DNA of 64,000 nt from Lytechinus pictus (lineage: Eukaryota): NCBI RefSeq assembly GCF_037042905.1, contig NC_087245.1, positions 39,062,001-39,126,000 on the forward strand, read 5' to 3'. Shown piece after piece: positions 26,074-37,999 of the stretch; the first letter of the stretch is position 1; each line of letters begins with the position of its first letter. The notes below the pieces were generated by a model. The model was not told the origin of the DNA, searched no databases, and saw nothing but the letters and a program-made list of their open reading frames with translations. Position numbers and translations under genes: made by a program.

Positions 26074-26190
26074 ATGCAGACGGATCGCGGAAGACATGCT
26101 GACGAGAAGCATGTCCATTGGCAGAGGTCTCGGCCGAAAGAGGAACCAGTTGAACCAAAGGCTATCCAAGGAAAATTCATTCTTGGAGAG
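26074..26190 (+). CDS. Candidate alternative first coding exon C (MQTDRGRHADEKHVHWQRSRPKEEPVEPKAIQGKFILGE)
   Basis: aacATG with an upstream in-frame TGA at 26062, 39 open codons of coding-like composition, GAG|gtgaaa donor in phase 0 compatible with 27590. Confidence 0.55.
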
Positions 26191-27589
26191 GTGAAAAACT
26201 AGTAGTTAATTGACCTTTAAGATTCCCGATGTGGTTCTTTTGCCATAGAAAGGTTTTATTTACAATCAACACGAAAACAATTAATTAGTTAATTTACACA
26301 AATATGATTAAACAAACGTACACGATGCTTTTACATGACTTCTAATGATAAAACAAACGTGTAATCTTTTTATGAAGAACACGCTCGATAACAATACCGT
26401 TTCAATATATTTTCGATGTTATATACTGTAATTCTCAGTATCTTGGATTGTTAGTTTAAAACGTTATCAAATGCCCCAATTCAATCAAATCAACACATAA
26501 ACATTTGTATTTTTGTCCATTGTTTGTGGGCGTTTGTTAAACGACAGGGCAGTACCGGGGCGAGATAGAATAGCACAGCGGTTGAATGCTTATAACTCGT
26601 CAATGGTTCATCAATAATCTAAATCATTCATACTTATGAGACATGTATATTGTTGTCGATTCGATCATAAGGGTTATTGTCATGATATATAGTAATGGGA
26701 TTGTATTGCCAGCCACTAATATTAAACATTCATATGTCAGAGATCGCTCTATAAACTTTGCCGTTTTATGTTGTTAATAAAGTGGCATGTTTTGATATTC
26801 ATTCTACATATTCTAATATCTTTTGAAACCTATAAGCCCTTCTCTCATTTTTATCCCACCATGAGTGAATCATTGCATGTTTCATGTTCATTCCCTTAAT
26901 GATTATATATTTCGAATGTGATAATATATATATAATTATCTAGAAACGTGCTTTTTTGCCATCCCATTTTACATACATGTCATCATTCTCACATGTCTAT
27001 AATTTTACAAATTTTGCCACCATATTTTTCGTCTTCAAACAATTGTTTCACTCGTATGGTTGTTATACATCTACAAGGCTTTCAATGGTACTTCTAGGGT
27101 AAAAACAATATTTCAAAATAATTGATGTCTTCCCCTTTTAACGAAGAGATGGTATGAGAGCTACAATATCGTCAATAAAACTTTTACTTATATCTGGGAA
27201 AAACACAATGGTTTGTCTTATATTTGCCCTTTGAAAAAAAAGTATGAGTTGTCAAAATTGATATAATAAGTATTCCATTGGCAACTCAGACTTTATTATC
27301 ATGGGTCTTTTTTAGGCTGAACTTGAACATTGCAAACGGAATATTGGAAGAAAATGTGATCAAATTATTGAAAAATTGAAGGGGGAGAGGTCGCCCATGC
27401 CCCTTGTAGCTTCACCACCGAGTCATAACATGTAAAATGAAGATGTCGAAGAAGATAGATACAAAATATTCTTCCCCTTTTCGAGAAAAGTTATATGGTC
27501 AATCATACATTCTGAATTCTTTTTATGTTGACCGTGGCTTTTATCTTTTATATAATTTTATATGTATAATAATCATTGTTCTCAATCAG

Positions 27590-27744
27590 GAGATCATCAA
27601 TGAGTTGACATACCATATGCATGAGATCGGACCGGAGGCGTGGTGCAAAGTCTTCTTCATGGAGAAGCGGTGTCGGTTATCCGAATACCAAATCAAGTCG
27701 CCAGCCATGATCATCGACGGGTACGCTTATCAACATCCGGGAAG
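27590..27744 (+). CDS. Exon: MH2 domain part 1 (EIINELTY...AWCKVFFMEKRCR...IIDGY...)
   Basis: aatcag acceptor, AAG|gtacgc donor, phase 0-2; WCxxxxxExxxR and IDG MH2 signature. Confidence 0.9.
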
Positions 27745-28107
27745 GTACGCACATATCTTGTGTTCTCATCTTTTATTTTCTTTTGTTTTCGTTCCTTTTC
27801 TCTTTCTTTTCTTTTTCTTTTCTTTTCTTTTTTTTCCCCGTTTCAATTCTTTTAGTTTTGTTTCTTTTGTTTCTTTTTTCATTGTTTTGCTATATATATA
27901 TTTTTTTCTAACACTAAATCACAACTATTCGAGTAAATTGTTTTTTTGTGTGTCTTTCCTTTTCTTTTCTTTTCTTCTTTCTTTTTCGTTTCTTTTCTTC
28001 TTTTTCATAAATATATTTTTTTTCTAGCACTAACTCACAACTTTACGAGAAAAATAAAAAATATATAATGTTAGTGATACCAGCTTGTTATCTTTTTCTT
28101 TTTGTAG

Positions 28108-28339
28108 ACTTGGTTTCGGGGCGTTGGCGAACCCACTACGGGATCCTGAAACCAAGAAGGTCCGCGAACATATCGGCAAAGGCGTTCAGTTAGAGATCGA
28201 TAGCGAGGGAAACGTCTGGGCCACGAGACTAGGCAAGAATGAGGTATTCGTCAAGGGGTGCTTTGAACCCGAAAACCACTGCATCTCAGCGGAAGTAGTT
28301 AAAAACATGGGACGCCTACCACAGAACCAAGCTATGAAA
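28108..28339 (+). CDS. Exon: MH2 domain part 2 (RLGFGALANPLRDPETKKVREHIGKGVQL...AMK)
   Basis: tttttgtag acceptor, AAA|gtaaga donor, phase 2-0; NxxR...RxHIGKGVxL MH2 signature. Confidence 0.92.
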
Positions 28340-29596
28340 GTAAGATTATTGCTCTGATTCTAACAGTTTGATGGAATATTAATCCCATTGAAATAAAAAA
28401 AAGAATAAAATGTTCAGTTATCTCTTAACAAAAAACTAATTTTTGAAAATAACTTAATGTAAAGAGCTTGACCCTGAATATACTCATATGGAAGAGTAAA
28501 AAAATCAAATATATCTATATTGATTTTATTGTACACTGTGAAGTAGATGTATTTGCTCTGAATATCATAATAACTAAGATCTGCATTATTGAAAGATAAA
28601 CAACTTTTAACAAATAATTTTCGAACTTTATCCAGTTATGATAGTATTTATTTGTGCATGTATCTGTCTTGTCTAAAGCCGTGTACACACATTTAAAACA
28701 AATCTCATTACATATAGAGTATAAGACTCAAGACAGAAAATCCACACAAACCTATAAGAGATCAAAATTTACCGCAATATTCTTCACTGATAACCTTTCA
28801 AGTCAAATTTCCGGGATTTAATTTGACAAGTAATTTAATTACTGCCCCATTTTCCTGCATAGCCTTTCCTGATTTATGTCCAGGCCAAATTACCGCTTGC
28901 TATAGGCACATCATATTATGAACAAACAAAAATGAAGAATGGCAAGGGGAAATTAGAAAGACAGTCGGAAAACAAATGCCTTTCTGAAGATCAAAGCTTG
29001 TTTTTCAGCAAGAGGGCAATTCCATGAAATAATTACACTTTTTGTATACGTCTCATCCTCATTTTTGTTTTTCATTCGTACATTACTTAAATAGATAATT
29101 CAGACTAAGAATAATACGATTTGGAACAGATAAACAAAATCAGACAAACAACCAAAATCGGGCAAGGAACAATAAAGCTGTGCTAAAAGAAAAAGGAAAG
29201 TGGGGATGTGACATCATCAGCCCATCTAATGTATATTCATGACGGTGTGCATGATAATTGTTTTCACAAAATATTGCTAAAATTTAAAATCCAATAACTT
29301 CGTTATTTGTCATCAGATTTGGATGAAATTTTCAGCATTTTGCTATGTGAGTTTTACTCTATTTATTTAGATAATATATAAATATTCTTAACCCGGAGTA
29401 CCCCTTTAATGAACTGCCTCCGAACAGCCCAAGCTGTGATAATTTGAGAATAACTACAACTACAACTTTTCATCTGAGTTATAAAACGGAGATTATAATT
29501 TCAGGAGGGGATGGACGTTAGTGTATACTTTATGGAACAGCTCAAAGTAAAATAAAATAATATTCATGAAAATGATTATCTCTTTCTCGCAATCAG

Positions 29597-29792
29597 GTAT
29601 TTGACATCGTGGAATACAAGGCTCAACTCGCCATCGAAGCAAAGAAAGGCGACGGCCAAATCGATCACCATCGGTTGAAGAAACTCAGCATCGTCTCGCT
29701 GAGTTTCGTCAAAGATAAGGTCGAAGATTTTAACACGCCTTGTTGGATTTCATTGGTCGTCCTCCCCGCCATCAGAATGGACAATCCCAAAG
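29597..29792 (+). CDS. Exon: MH2 domain part 3 (VFDIVEY...LSFVKD...TPCWISL...NPK)
   Basis: aatcag acceptor, AAG|gtgagt donor, phase 0-1; SFVK and TPCWI MH2 motifs. Confidence 0.92.
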
Positions 29793-31271
29793 GTGAGTTG
29801 GGAAACATGAAGGCAGGCTATTCCATTTCGGTTTAATGGGGGATATATTCTCTATTAATCTGTAAAGCGTTCGTCGTTCCGAAGTATCAAGCGCTGATAT
29901 ATAAAAGTGGATTATAATCATTATTTTAATCAATTTTGCCAAACATTGGTTTCTTTCTTTCTTTCTCCCAAACCAACCCTCCTCAAAAAACAATGAGGGA
30001 GCATAATCAATAATTAGTTTTTCCTTTTCTTTTATAGAAAGATTTTATTCAAAATGAAACATGAAAACAATTCATTTTCCAAAGCAAACAGGTTCAAAAC
30101 CGTTCTACATGTGTGCTATTATCTAATGATTAAACAAGCATTTTTTTGAAGGACCCGCTCAATTTCACAATAATATTTCAATATATATTAACAGAACTGA
30201 TACTGAAGTTATGTTCCTAATCATTATCACTATCACCAAAATGGATTTTTTTTTTCAAATGGCGTGTGACTGTCAGGAAAATGTGCCATGAACTCCTTTT
30301 AAAAATATGTCACGCTAGCTCCTCTGCATACTTTTAGCAGCTGTATGTTTCGTGATGCGCTTACTTTACTTCCGTGGCTATTACTTATCTACAGTGGTTT
30401 TTAAGAAGATAAATCCGGAAGCCACATAATTAGTGCGCCTCCTATGGGTTAACCATTGTCAATTAAGGCCTCTTCCTCAAGACAAGAAGTATATAACTCG
30501 GTACCTGACTCTACCTGTAAAACTGTTGGAAAGAGAAATTAGACGCAGCATTTGTGAAGACGATGAAGATGATATAATTATAACACCTGCATGAAATGAG
30601 ATACAATCGTGTTCCGTATTTAATCTTGAACTTTCACTTTATGATCCTTGTTTTAATTTAGAATGTTCTGTTGTGATTATTTTTCTAATCCAGAATGTTC
30701 ATTTTTCTCATTCTCATTTTGAATTTTTTTACGTTATAATCATTACATCATATGTTATATATTTATAAACATCATAATTCTTATGCTGCGGATATAAACT
30801 CTTTTCCCCATTTTGTCTAAACGAAATGTTATTTCCTTTTCTGTTTGGTATATTGATCAAGCGATCATTTTCTCTTGTGAACAAAGATCAATAGAATTTT
30901 GTAGATTTTATTCTCAGTTCTCAACGTAAGTGAATGCCACAAAAATCGAATTATTATTAGAAAAAATCTAACCATTCAGGGTTAGCTTTTTAATGTAGTC
31001 AATTCTCATTTGGGAGAAAAAAAACCCTGATAAATGTAGAATGATAAATAGTGGATATTAGAAATTAAGGAAAATAGGAGATTTAGAAAATGGACGATAA
31101 ACTTTGAAAAGCAAGCTGACTAGGATAGTAAATAATATTCATCACGACATGATTCCATGCCCATTCTTAATATATAGGAATATCATTTCTTAAGTATAAT
31201 TTACAAAGTTTTTAATTGTTTATTATTATTATTATTGTTATTGTTGTTATCATTATCATTTCTTATTACAG

Positions 31272-31348
31272 TTCTAAGAGATGTTGGCCGATTCTTGAAA
31301 GCGTTCCGTACAGCAGCACAGATTGAAGCAACACTCATGGGTAGAGAG
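31272..31348 (+). CDS. Exon (VLRDVGRFLKAFRTAAQIEATLMGRE)
   Basis: ttacag acceptor, GAG|gtaaat donor, phase 1-0. Confidence 0.8.
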
Positions 31349-31360
31349 GTAAATAGTACA

Positions 31361-32050
31361 GATGATGATGATGATGAAGATGATTGCGATGGTGATGATG
31401 ATGGAGATGGTGGTGATGATGATGATGGTGATGGTGGTGATGATGATGATGGTGATGATGGTGATGATGATGGTGATGATGATGATGATGATGATGATGG
31501 TGATGGAGATGATGATGGTGATGGTGATGGAGATGATGCTGCTGCTGATGATGATGGTGGTGATGATGATGATGGTGATGATGATGATGATGATGGTGAT
31601 GGTGATGATGATGATGGTGATGGTGATGATGATGGTGATGATGATGGTGATGGTGGTGATGATGATGGTGGTGATGATGATGATGGTGATGATGATGGTG
31701 ATGATGATGATGATGATGCTGCTGCTGCTGATGATGATGATGATGGTGGTGATGATGGTGATGGAGATGGTGAAGATGATGATGGTGATGATGATGATGG
31801 TGGTGATGATGATGATGGTGATGATGATGGTGATGATGATGATGATGGTGATGATGATGGTGATGATGATGATGATGATGCTGCTGCTGCTGCTGATGAT
31901 GATGGTGATGATGATGATGGTGATGATGATGATGGTGATGATGATGATGGTGATGATGATGATGATGATGCTGCTGCTGCTGATGATGATGATGGTGATG
32001 ATGTAATGGTGATGGTGATGATGGTGATGATGATGATGGTGATGATGGTG

Positions 32051-32082
<32 letters not shown>

Positions 32083-32236
32083 GGTGATGGTGGTGATGAT
32101 GATGGTGATGATGATGGTGATGATGATGGTGGTGATGATGATGATGGTGATGATGATGGTGATGATGCTGCTGCTGCTGCTGATGGTGATGATGATGGTG
32201 TTGGTGATGATGATGGTGGTGATGGTGATGGAGATG
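31361..32236. repeat. Long imperfect (GAT/GGT/GCT)n trinucleotide microsatellite, intronic
   Basis: About 880 bp of triplet repeat; the source of the poly-D, poly-M, poly-H and poly-S ORFs. Confidence 0.95.
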
Positions 32237-32457
32237 AAGTGGAGGAAGGGGGATATTGAGGCTGAAGAGAATGCATTAGGATGAGCTAGGAGAAGGTCCA
32301 AAAGGGAGAGATTGGGGAAGAGGAGGAGGAGGAGTGAGAGCAGAAAGGAAGAGAAAGTCATTGTGATGATGATAATGACCCTCAGGACAATGATCATTTT
32401 GCCTATTATCACTCTCTTTCTGCAACTCAACCCATCTCTCTTTTAATGTCTTTGCAG

Positions 32458-32617
32458 TCAAGTCGAAAGTGGGCCCGAGTCAACAAAAGACGCTCAAACT
32501 ATGACAAGGAGGATAAAAAAGATGGCAGAAGAGCAAGGGTAGAGGCGATGCAGCAGGCCAAAGCTGAGAACAAACCATTCCACTATAGCTGGGAAGCAAC
32601 TGATGATGAAGATATAG
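32458..32617 (+). CDS. Exon (SSRKWARVNKRR...PFHYSWEATDDEDI), absent from the ORF track
   Basis: tctttgcag acceptor, TAG|gtaggt donor, 160 nt open, phase 0-1, which exactly bridges the flanking exons. Confidence 0.85.
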
Positions 32618-33260
32618 GTAGGTGAAGATGGAGGTGATGGTGATAATGGGTATAATGATGTTCCAAAGAAAAAAATTCAGGGCGTCCAGGTCGCCATCAC
32701 TTACAATTAAGTTGTCACTCTCTGACAACTGCATCTAAACCAATCAAAACCAACGTTCCTACTGAAACTGTCATTTTTATGAATATGTATATTGCCGTTT
32801 CAACTATGACAATATAAAAAGGCCAAGATGACAAATATAAGTTTCATGACATTTCAAAACCAATAACCTTGGTTAAAATGTCAATGTTGATGACACCTCT
32901 GGCGTTGCGGCCGTCAGAAAAGTGGTACCTGCAGTCTTTCTCTGCTATGCAGGTGAGACCCCCCAAGAATGGAATAGTCAATATCTACCCCGCCCAGTAG
33001 TTGATGTATTTGTGAACTGGAACTCAATGAACATAATGACAGTAGTGATCAACTGCTGATGAAAGACAGATAAAAGAAAGACATGCAGAAAGAAGGATGG
33101 AAGTGAAAAATGATTAAAAAGGAAGGAAAAATAGTCACAAGATATAAAGAAATGGAAGAGAGAAAAAAGAGAAATAGAAAGGCCCCTGTAAAATATAGGA
33201 AATGAGAAAATAAAGAAAATATTACTTTATTATTGTCATTGATTTTGTTCTTGCAACTAG

Positions 33261-33434
33261 GCATATCTAACCTGAATGTGTCGGGTGTGGACCATGGCGG
33301 CCGAAACTCGGGGTACAGTGAAACAGGGTCCATCTATTATAACAGTGAAGCAGGGGATTCCCCAGGCTATGGAGCGTATGGGGGAAGAGCAAGTAGGAGG
33401 AGGGTTTTCAGGGCGGTATCCATCAGGAATGCCG
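33261..33434 (+). CDS. Exon (GISNLNVSG...[13 protein letters not shown])
   Basis: caactag acceptor, CCG|gtaagt donor, phase 1-1. Confidence 0.85.
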
Positions 33435-33450
33435 GTAAGTTTTGTTTGTT

Positions 33451-33700
33451 CATCCATCAATTCATCTATCCATTTATCAATTATACATCCATCCATCCAT
33501 TAATTATCCATCCATCCATCTATCCATCCATCCATCCATTCATCTATCCATCCATCCATTCACCCATCCATCAATTCATCCATATATCCATCCACCCATT
33601 CATTCATCCATCCATCCACCCATTCATTCATCCATCTATCCATCCATCCATCCACCCATCCATCTACCCACCCACCCGTCCACCCACCCATCCATCCATT
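33451..33700. repeat. (CATC)n tetranucleotide microsatellite
   Basis: Imperfect tandem catc/catt/cacc units. Confidence 0.9.
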
Positions 33701-34052
33701 CTCACTTTATCTAGTGCTGTATTTTACTTTGTTTATGCATATCATGAGCTGTGTGGCCAATTTCAATTAAAATCCACAAAATGCACTTAAATGCATGCAT
33801 TACAAGCTTCAAATAAAAGTTCTTTGTACAGGGATTATCAAATGAAGCATAAACTGTCACAAATTAACAACAATAAGAATGTTTTTTTAACAAGAGAAAT
33901 AGAAAATATACATCCAGAAGAAAAGTTTAAAACTTAAATTAGAAATTATTCAAGAAAATGTATTCCTTCACTTTCCTGTTAACCCCCCCCCCCACCCTTT
34001 CCACGCAATTAATAGTTTAATTCATGTTTTTTTCTCATATTTAAAACTCCAG

Positions 34053-34222
34053 ATGCTTTCAAGCAACGCAACCTGCGATCATCCTACGAGCGCGATTCCG
34101 AAGCCATGGACGACGATGGCCCGGTCACGTCCAACTACAGCGGTTACGACTTGGAGAACAAGAGGCAATGGGCACGTGTCAAACTCATCAAGAAGGAACG
34201 AAGAATGAGCGAGGAAAATTGA
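34053..34222 (+). CDS. Last coding exon (DAFKQRNLR...KRQWARVKLIKKERRMSEEN*)
   Basis: ctccag acceptor, phase 1, open to TGA at 34220-34222. Confidence 0.85.
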
Positions 34223-34507
34223 ATCACAGTCGATTAGTATTCAAAATAGATAGAGAAATTTCAATCATGTAGCTAGCGAATTTGAATGTTTATTATATGA
34301 AGATGTATGAAATGCAAACCGCTTGTGAAAGAGTCGGGGTTTGAGTAGAAGTCGGACGGTGAATTTGGAAAAGAGTACGATTACTGTTACATGTAGTTTG
34401 ATGATTTGGACAGTGTTTGAGTGAATACCATCCCGTTGCCATTACTTTGGTATTGAAAGATGTCTTGTATTCGTACTGAAACTGCTATGTAGGATCGATA
34501 AGTCTCA

Positions 34508-34778
34508 GGCCGTGTTTATGCTTCCACTTTTCAGGCCAGAATCGGTGTTCTTATACGTAAGTCCAAAACACAGTTGCGTCCATGCTTAGTTTCATTTAAA
34601 CGACGTTTCGGAACGCCGATGGTAAACTTCAGTTCAAATGAAAACTTTATTTACAAATCACGATCGACATTCTGAATTGTCGTTTAAATGAAAGTAAGCA
34701 TGGACGCAACCGTGTTTTGGACTAATCACGTATGGAAACGCTGATTCTGGCCTGAAACGTGGAAGCATAAACACGCCC
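34508..34778. mobile_element. Palindromic MITE (PIF/Harbinger-like) in the probable 3' UTR
   Basis: Inverted arms of about 95 bp (ggccgtgtttatgcttccac... / ...gtggaagcataaacacgccc), TCA on both flanks. Confidence 0.85.
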
Positions 34779-37430
34779 TCAGTCTAAGTCTAACTTGCTC
34801 GATACTGGTCTGGATCATCTGTTTGTATTTTTATGCGACTAGCTCGGAGTAATTTATCTTATAGATACCAGTAGATAGATTGGAGTTAGGAAACAAGTGT
34901 AGGTCTGATTGAAATTAGGTTTTTTTGGTGAAGAATAGCTGTTAACCTTGGCATATTTTTAGTCATTTTAAGCAAATATTCATAAGAGGCAAAATTTACA
35001 GTCGATCAACAAACATATCTTATGAAGTTCATACCGAATGGGTTATCTAGATGAAGTTTGTGCATATGTCTTTGACACATTTACCGATAAAGAGGGCTGA
35101 ATTGAGACCGGTTGCAGCATGTCACTCTGAACAATTGTTAATTACAGCATATTATCATGATACACTTTTAATCAGCATATTCGTAGAATCTGTTGATAAG
35201 AAGCATATATGTGTGAATGAAATTTCATGGAAAGCAATTTTACTGTCAATCAGCTATCCATGGAATATAAGTATGTTTGAGAGCAGGGAATAGAACATAA
35301 TCACAACTTGCAAAAACATACAAGTTGTGTAATTCACCAAGATTAAAAAATATAAAACACAAATGAGGCAAATTTCATGATTTTTTTTCACATCAATTGG
35401 TTTAATTTGAGAACACTTATGCAGTGGCTGCATACATAAAATCACAAGATACTATTTGTTTAAAATGTCATCTTTTCCCAATTTACAAAAATAGATCTTG
35501 CATACTCAAAGATAAAACAACATATATATATTCACTTTATTACAGCATTCCAGTAAGGGCACAATGGACAATAGTTTATTACTTATACAATCGCACCATA
35601 TTTCAGGTCATTCAAAATGATTGACTTAAACACAATTTGCTAATACTCAATATGTTGGGTCAAAATGGGTCCAATAACTTGATCATAAAAGGTTATCAGT
35701 AAAATAGTTCACAACAGCTGTGAATAAAAAAAATCCTGCTTGTAATTAGATGCAGACAATTAAAACATAATACTCATAAAATGACCCAATGATATGCATA
35801 AATATTCAGAATATCATGTAATGATTCTAAAACCAACTTTTAAATTATTTTACAGAATGGATGACATTGAATAACATTTTTTAAAGGGAAATAATAGGTG
35901 CAAGAGATAGTGACACAAAACTCACTGATGGCCCAACTTATCACAATCATGCAAAAAAGCTTTCATCGAACGAGAATGACAGTCAATGGATGACTTATAT
36001 AAAATCAAGTCCACCAAGTACAAAGTATATATGTTTAGATTTCTTTATAAACACACAGTATCATAACATTTTCAGCTGAACATGGGAAAATATAAAAAAA
36101 TAATTACTGTACCATGTTATACTTACACATGTGTATTACTAAGTTTTCATTCCGTTTTACAAAACGGAACACATAATGATCAATCAATAATAACATTAAT
36201 AATAATAATGAGTAAATTCAGTAGAGTGTTAATGACTATTGTTTCAGCATATGAAGTGCCTTTAAATGAATTATATTTGTGATTCCTTACATATATGCCT
36301 TAAGTGTTAATAGATGGTACCTAAACTTAGCGAGACTGGGTACACCCGCCATGCAGTCATGACTGGCCAATCATATTCTTGTTCAAATTTGAATGAAGTG
36401 ATTTGACCAATCAGATGATTGCTGGGGGTGGGGCTTCCTTTATGACATCATATACATATATATATATTTTTGTTATCTAAAATTTCATGTTGAAATTCTC
36501 ATTTATTGTACAATACAAAGTGTACTGTAAAGTGTATACACCATTTTCTTTCATAGCTTTACCTTGGTATTTATACAATCAAAACTTGTATTGCATTTCA
36601 TTTCAATCCATTTCAACTTTTATTTCGATCCAACATTATTTCTTATTTTTCTATCAATCTGTATGAAATTACATGCCTCATGCACAGCGATGTTTATGTT
36701 TATACAGAAGCACTATATATAAGATTTATATTCAAACGGTTTTATTACAGTAAAATATTTGTGAATTTTTGACTGAGAGATTGTATATGTTTGTTTGATA
36801 TATTCCCAGTACTATGAAATTTGATATTTTAACATGTTTATTCAGAGAGAGAAGAGAATACTAGACCAAAATATAATATGAATGGAAGGTCAGGTATTCA
36901 AATAATTAATTTTCACATACAGTAGTTTCTGGTTATAGTTTTAGTTGTTTGACAATATATGTATAGTTCATTAACCCATTTACTTCTGGAACTAAATGGC
37001 TCCTGTGTAAAACCAATAGGATTTACACGATTCAGAAGACAAAGGGTTAAGTACGAAGAAGATAACTTTGTTGCATTTTTAACACCCATCTTTTACGCGT
37101 TACATGATATCGATATTAGCTAACATCTCAACTTGTCATGTATATTGACATGTACATATAATATAATTTATCAAGAGTTTTATTTTCATCATTTGAGAAA
37201 AAAAAAGTATTGTTTTGGAAGACAAGCTAGGTATGTGAAGCTGGTTTAAGATGATACTTGGACTATAAAAATCAAGAGCCAACTATGTCTTAGAAAGTAT
37301 TAGTGATTATAGAAACAACTAATTTAGTAAACAATTGTAGTGAGACTATGGGAAGTAATAATACTATATTATATAGTAACAAAGAAAATTCAAATGGACT
37401 ATATTCTTATTTTGTATAAGTAAATGAAAG

Positions 37431-37436
37431 AATAAA
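37431..37436 (+). terminator. Candidate polyadenylation signal of the plus-strand gene
   Basis: AATAAA followed by GT/T-rich sequence; other AATAAA hexamers exist upstream (e.g. about 35723). Confidence 0.3.
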
Positions 37437-37650
37437 ATATTTTGATAAACAAGAAATGTTGTTGATTTAGAGTTCTTTACAAATAAACTGTGAGGTGAAT
37501 TAATTGAGAGATTGGTGAGGAAGTGAAGGAATTATACTCTGATGGATATGTAGGATAGAGAGATGGAGAAACAGGTTGGAAAAAGGAGGGATGAATGAAG
37601 GTGGGGATTTAAGGAAGTCTTTAGAATGCTGTAAGACAAAGATCAGATGA

Positions 37651-37999
37651 AATAATAATAATATTCCCCATTTATATAGCGCTTAACATATCGGAATGAC
37701 GTCTCTAAGCGCTTTACAGATATATTATTACCCTGGTCATCGGATCCTTGCATGCCCGCATACAATGTATGCACCTTCTCCACTCCCTGGGAAGCATTCC
37801 AACAAGAGTTCCAAGACTCAATTGCTAGGCATACTACAAAGGCTTTCGCATCCTATCAGGTACCCATTTAACACCTGGGTGGAGAGTGGCAAATTGTGGA
37901 TTGACGCCTTGCCAAAGGATGCTAGGCCATGGTGGGATTCAAACACACGACCCTCTGATTACAAGGCGAGAGTCAGAACCACTACACCACAGCTCTTCC
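37651..37999 (-). mobile_element. Full-length tRNA-derived SINE with Deu/Nin-like core and L2-type tail
   Basis: Head ggaagagctgtggtgtagtggtt...gtttgaatccc; core ccacccaggtgttaaatgggtacctg; tail taagcgctatataaatg plus (ATT)n; two related copies in the window. Confidence 0.88.

Noticed and set aside
27590..29792. Naming the gene a canonical Smad (Smad1/2/4/6)
   Set aside because: No MH1 domain, no GWG in the L3 loop, no C-terminal SSxS, and a long tail follows the MH2.
31341..31346. GG|gtagag as the donor of the 31272 exon, splicing directly to 33261
   Set aside because: It is in frame but weak. The better GAG|gtaaat donor plus the exon at 32458-32617 resolves the phases.
31201..32430. Long poly-His, poly-Ser, poly-Met and poly-Asp ORFs on both strands
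   Set aside because: They are artefacts of the (GAT/GGT)n microsatellite.
33442..33790. IHPS-repeat ORFs
   Set aside because: They are translations of the (CATC)n microsatellite beyond the donor at 33434.
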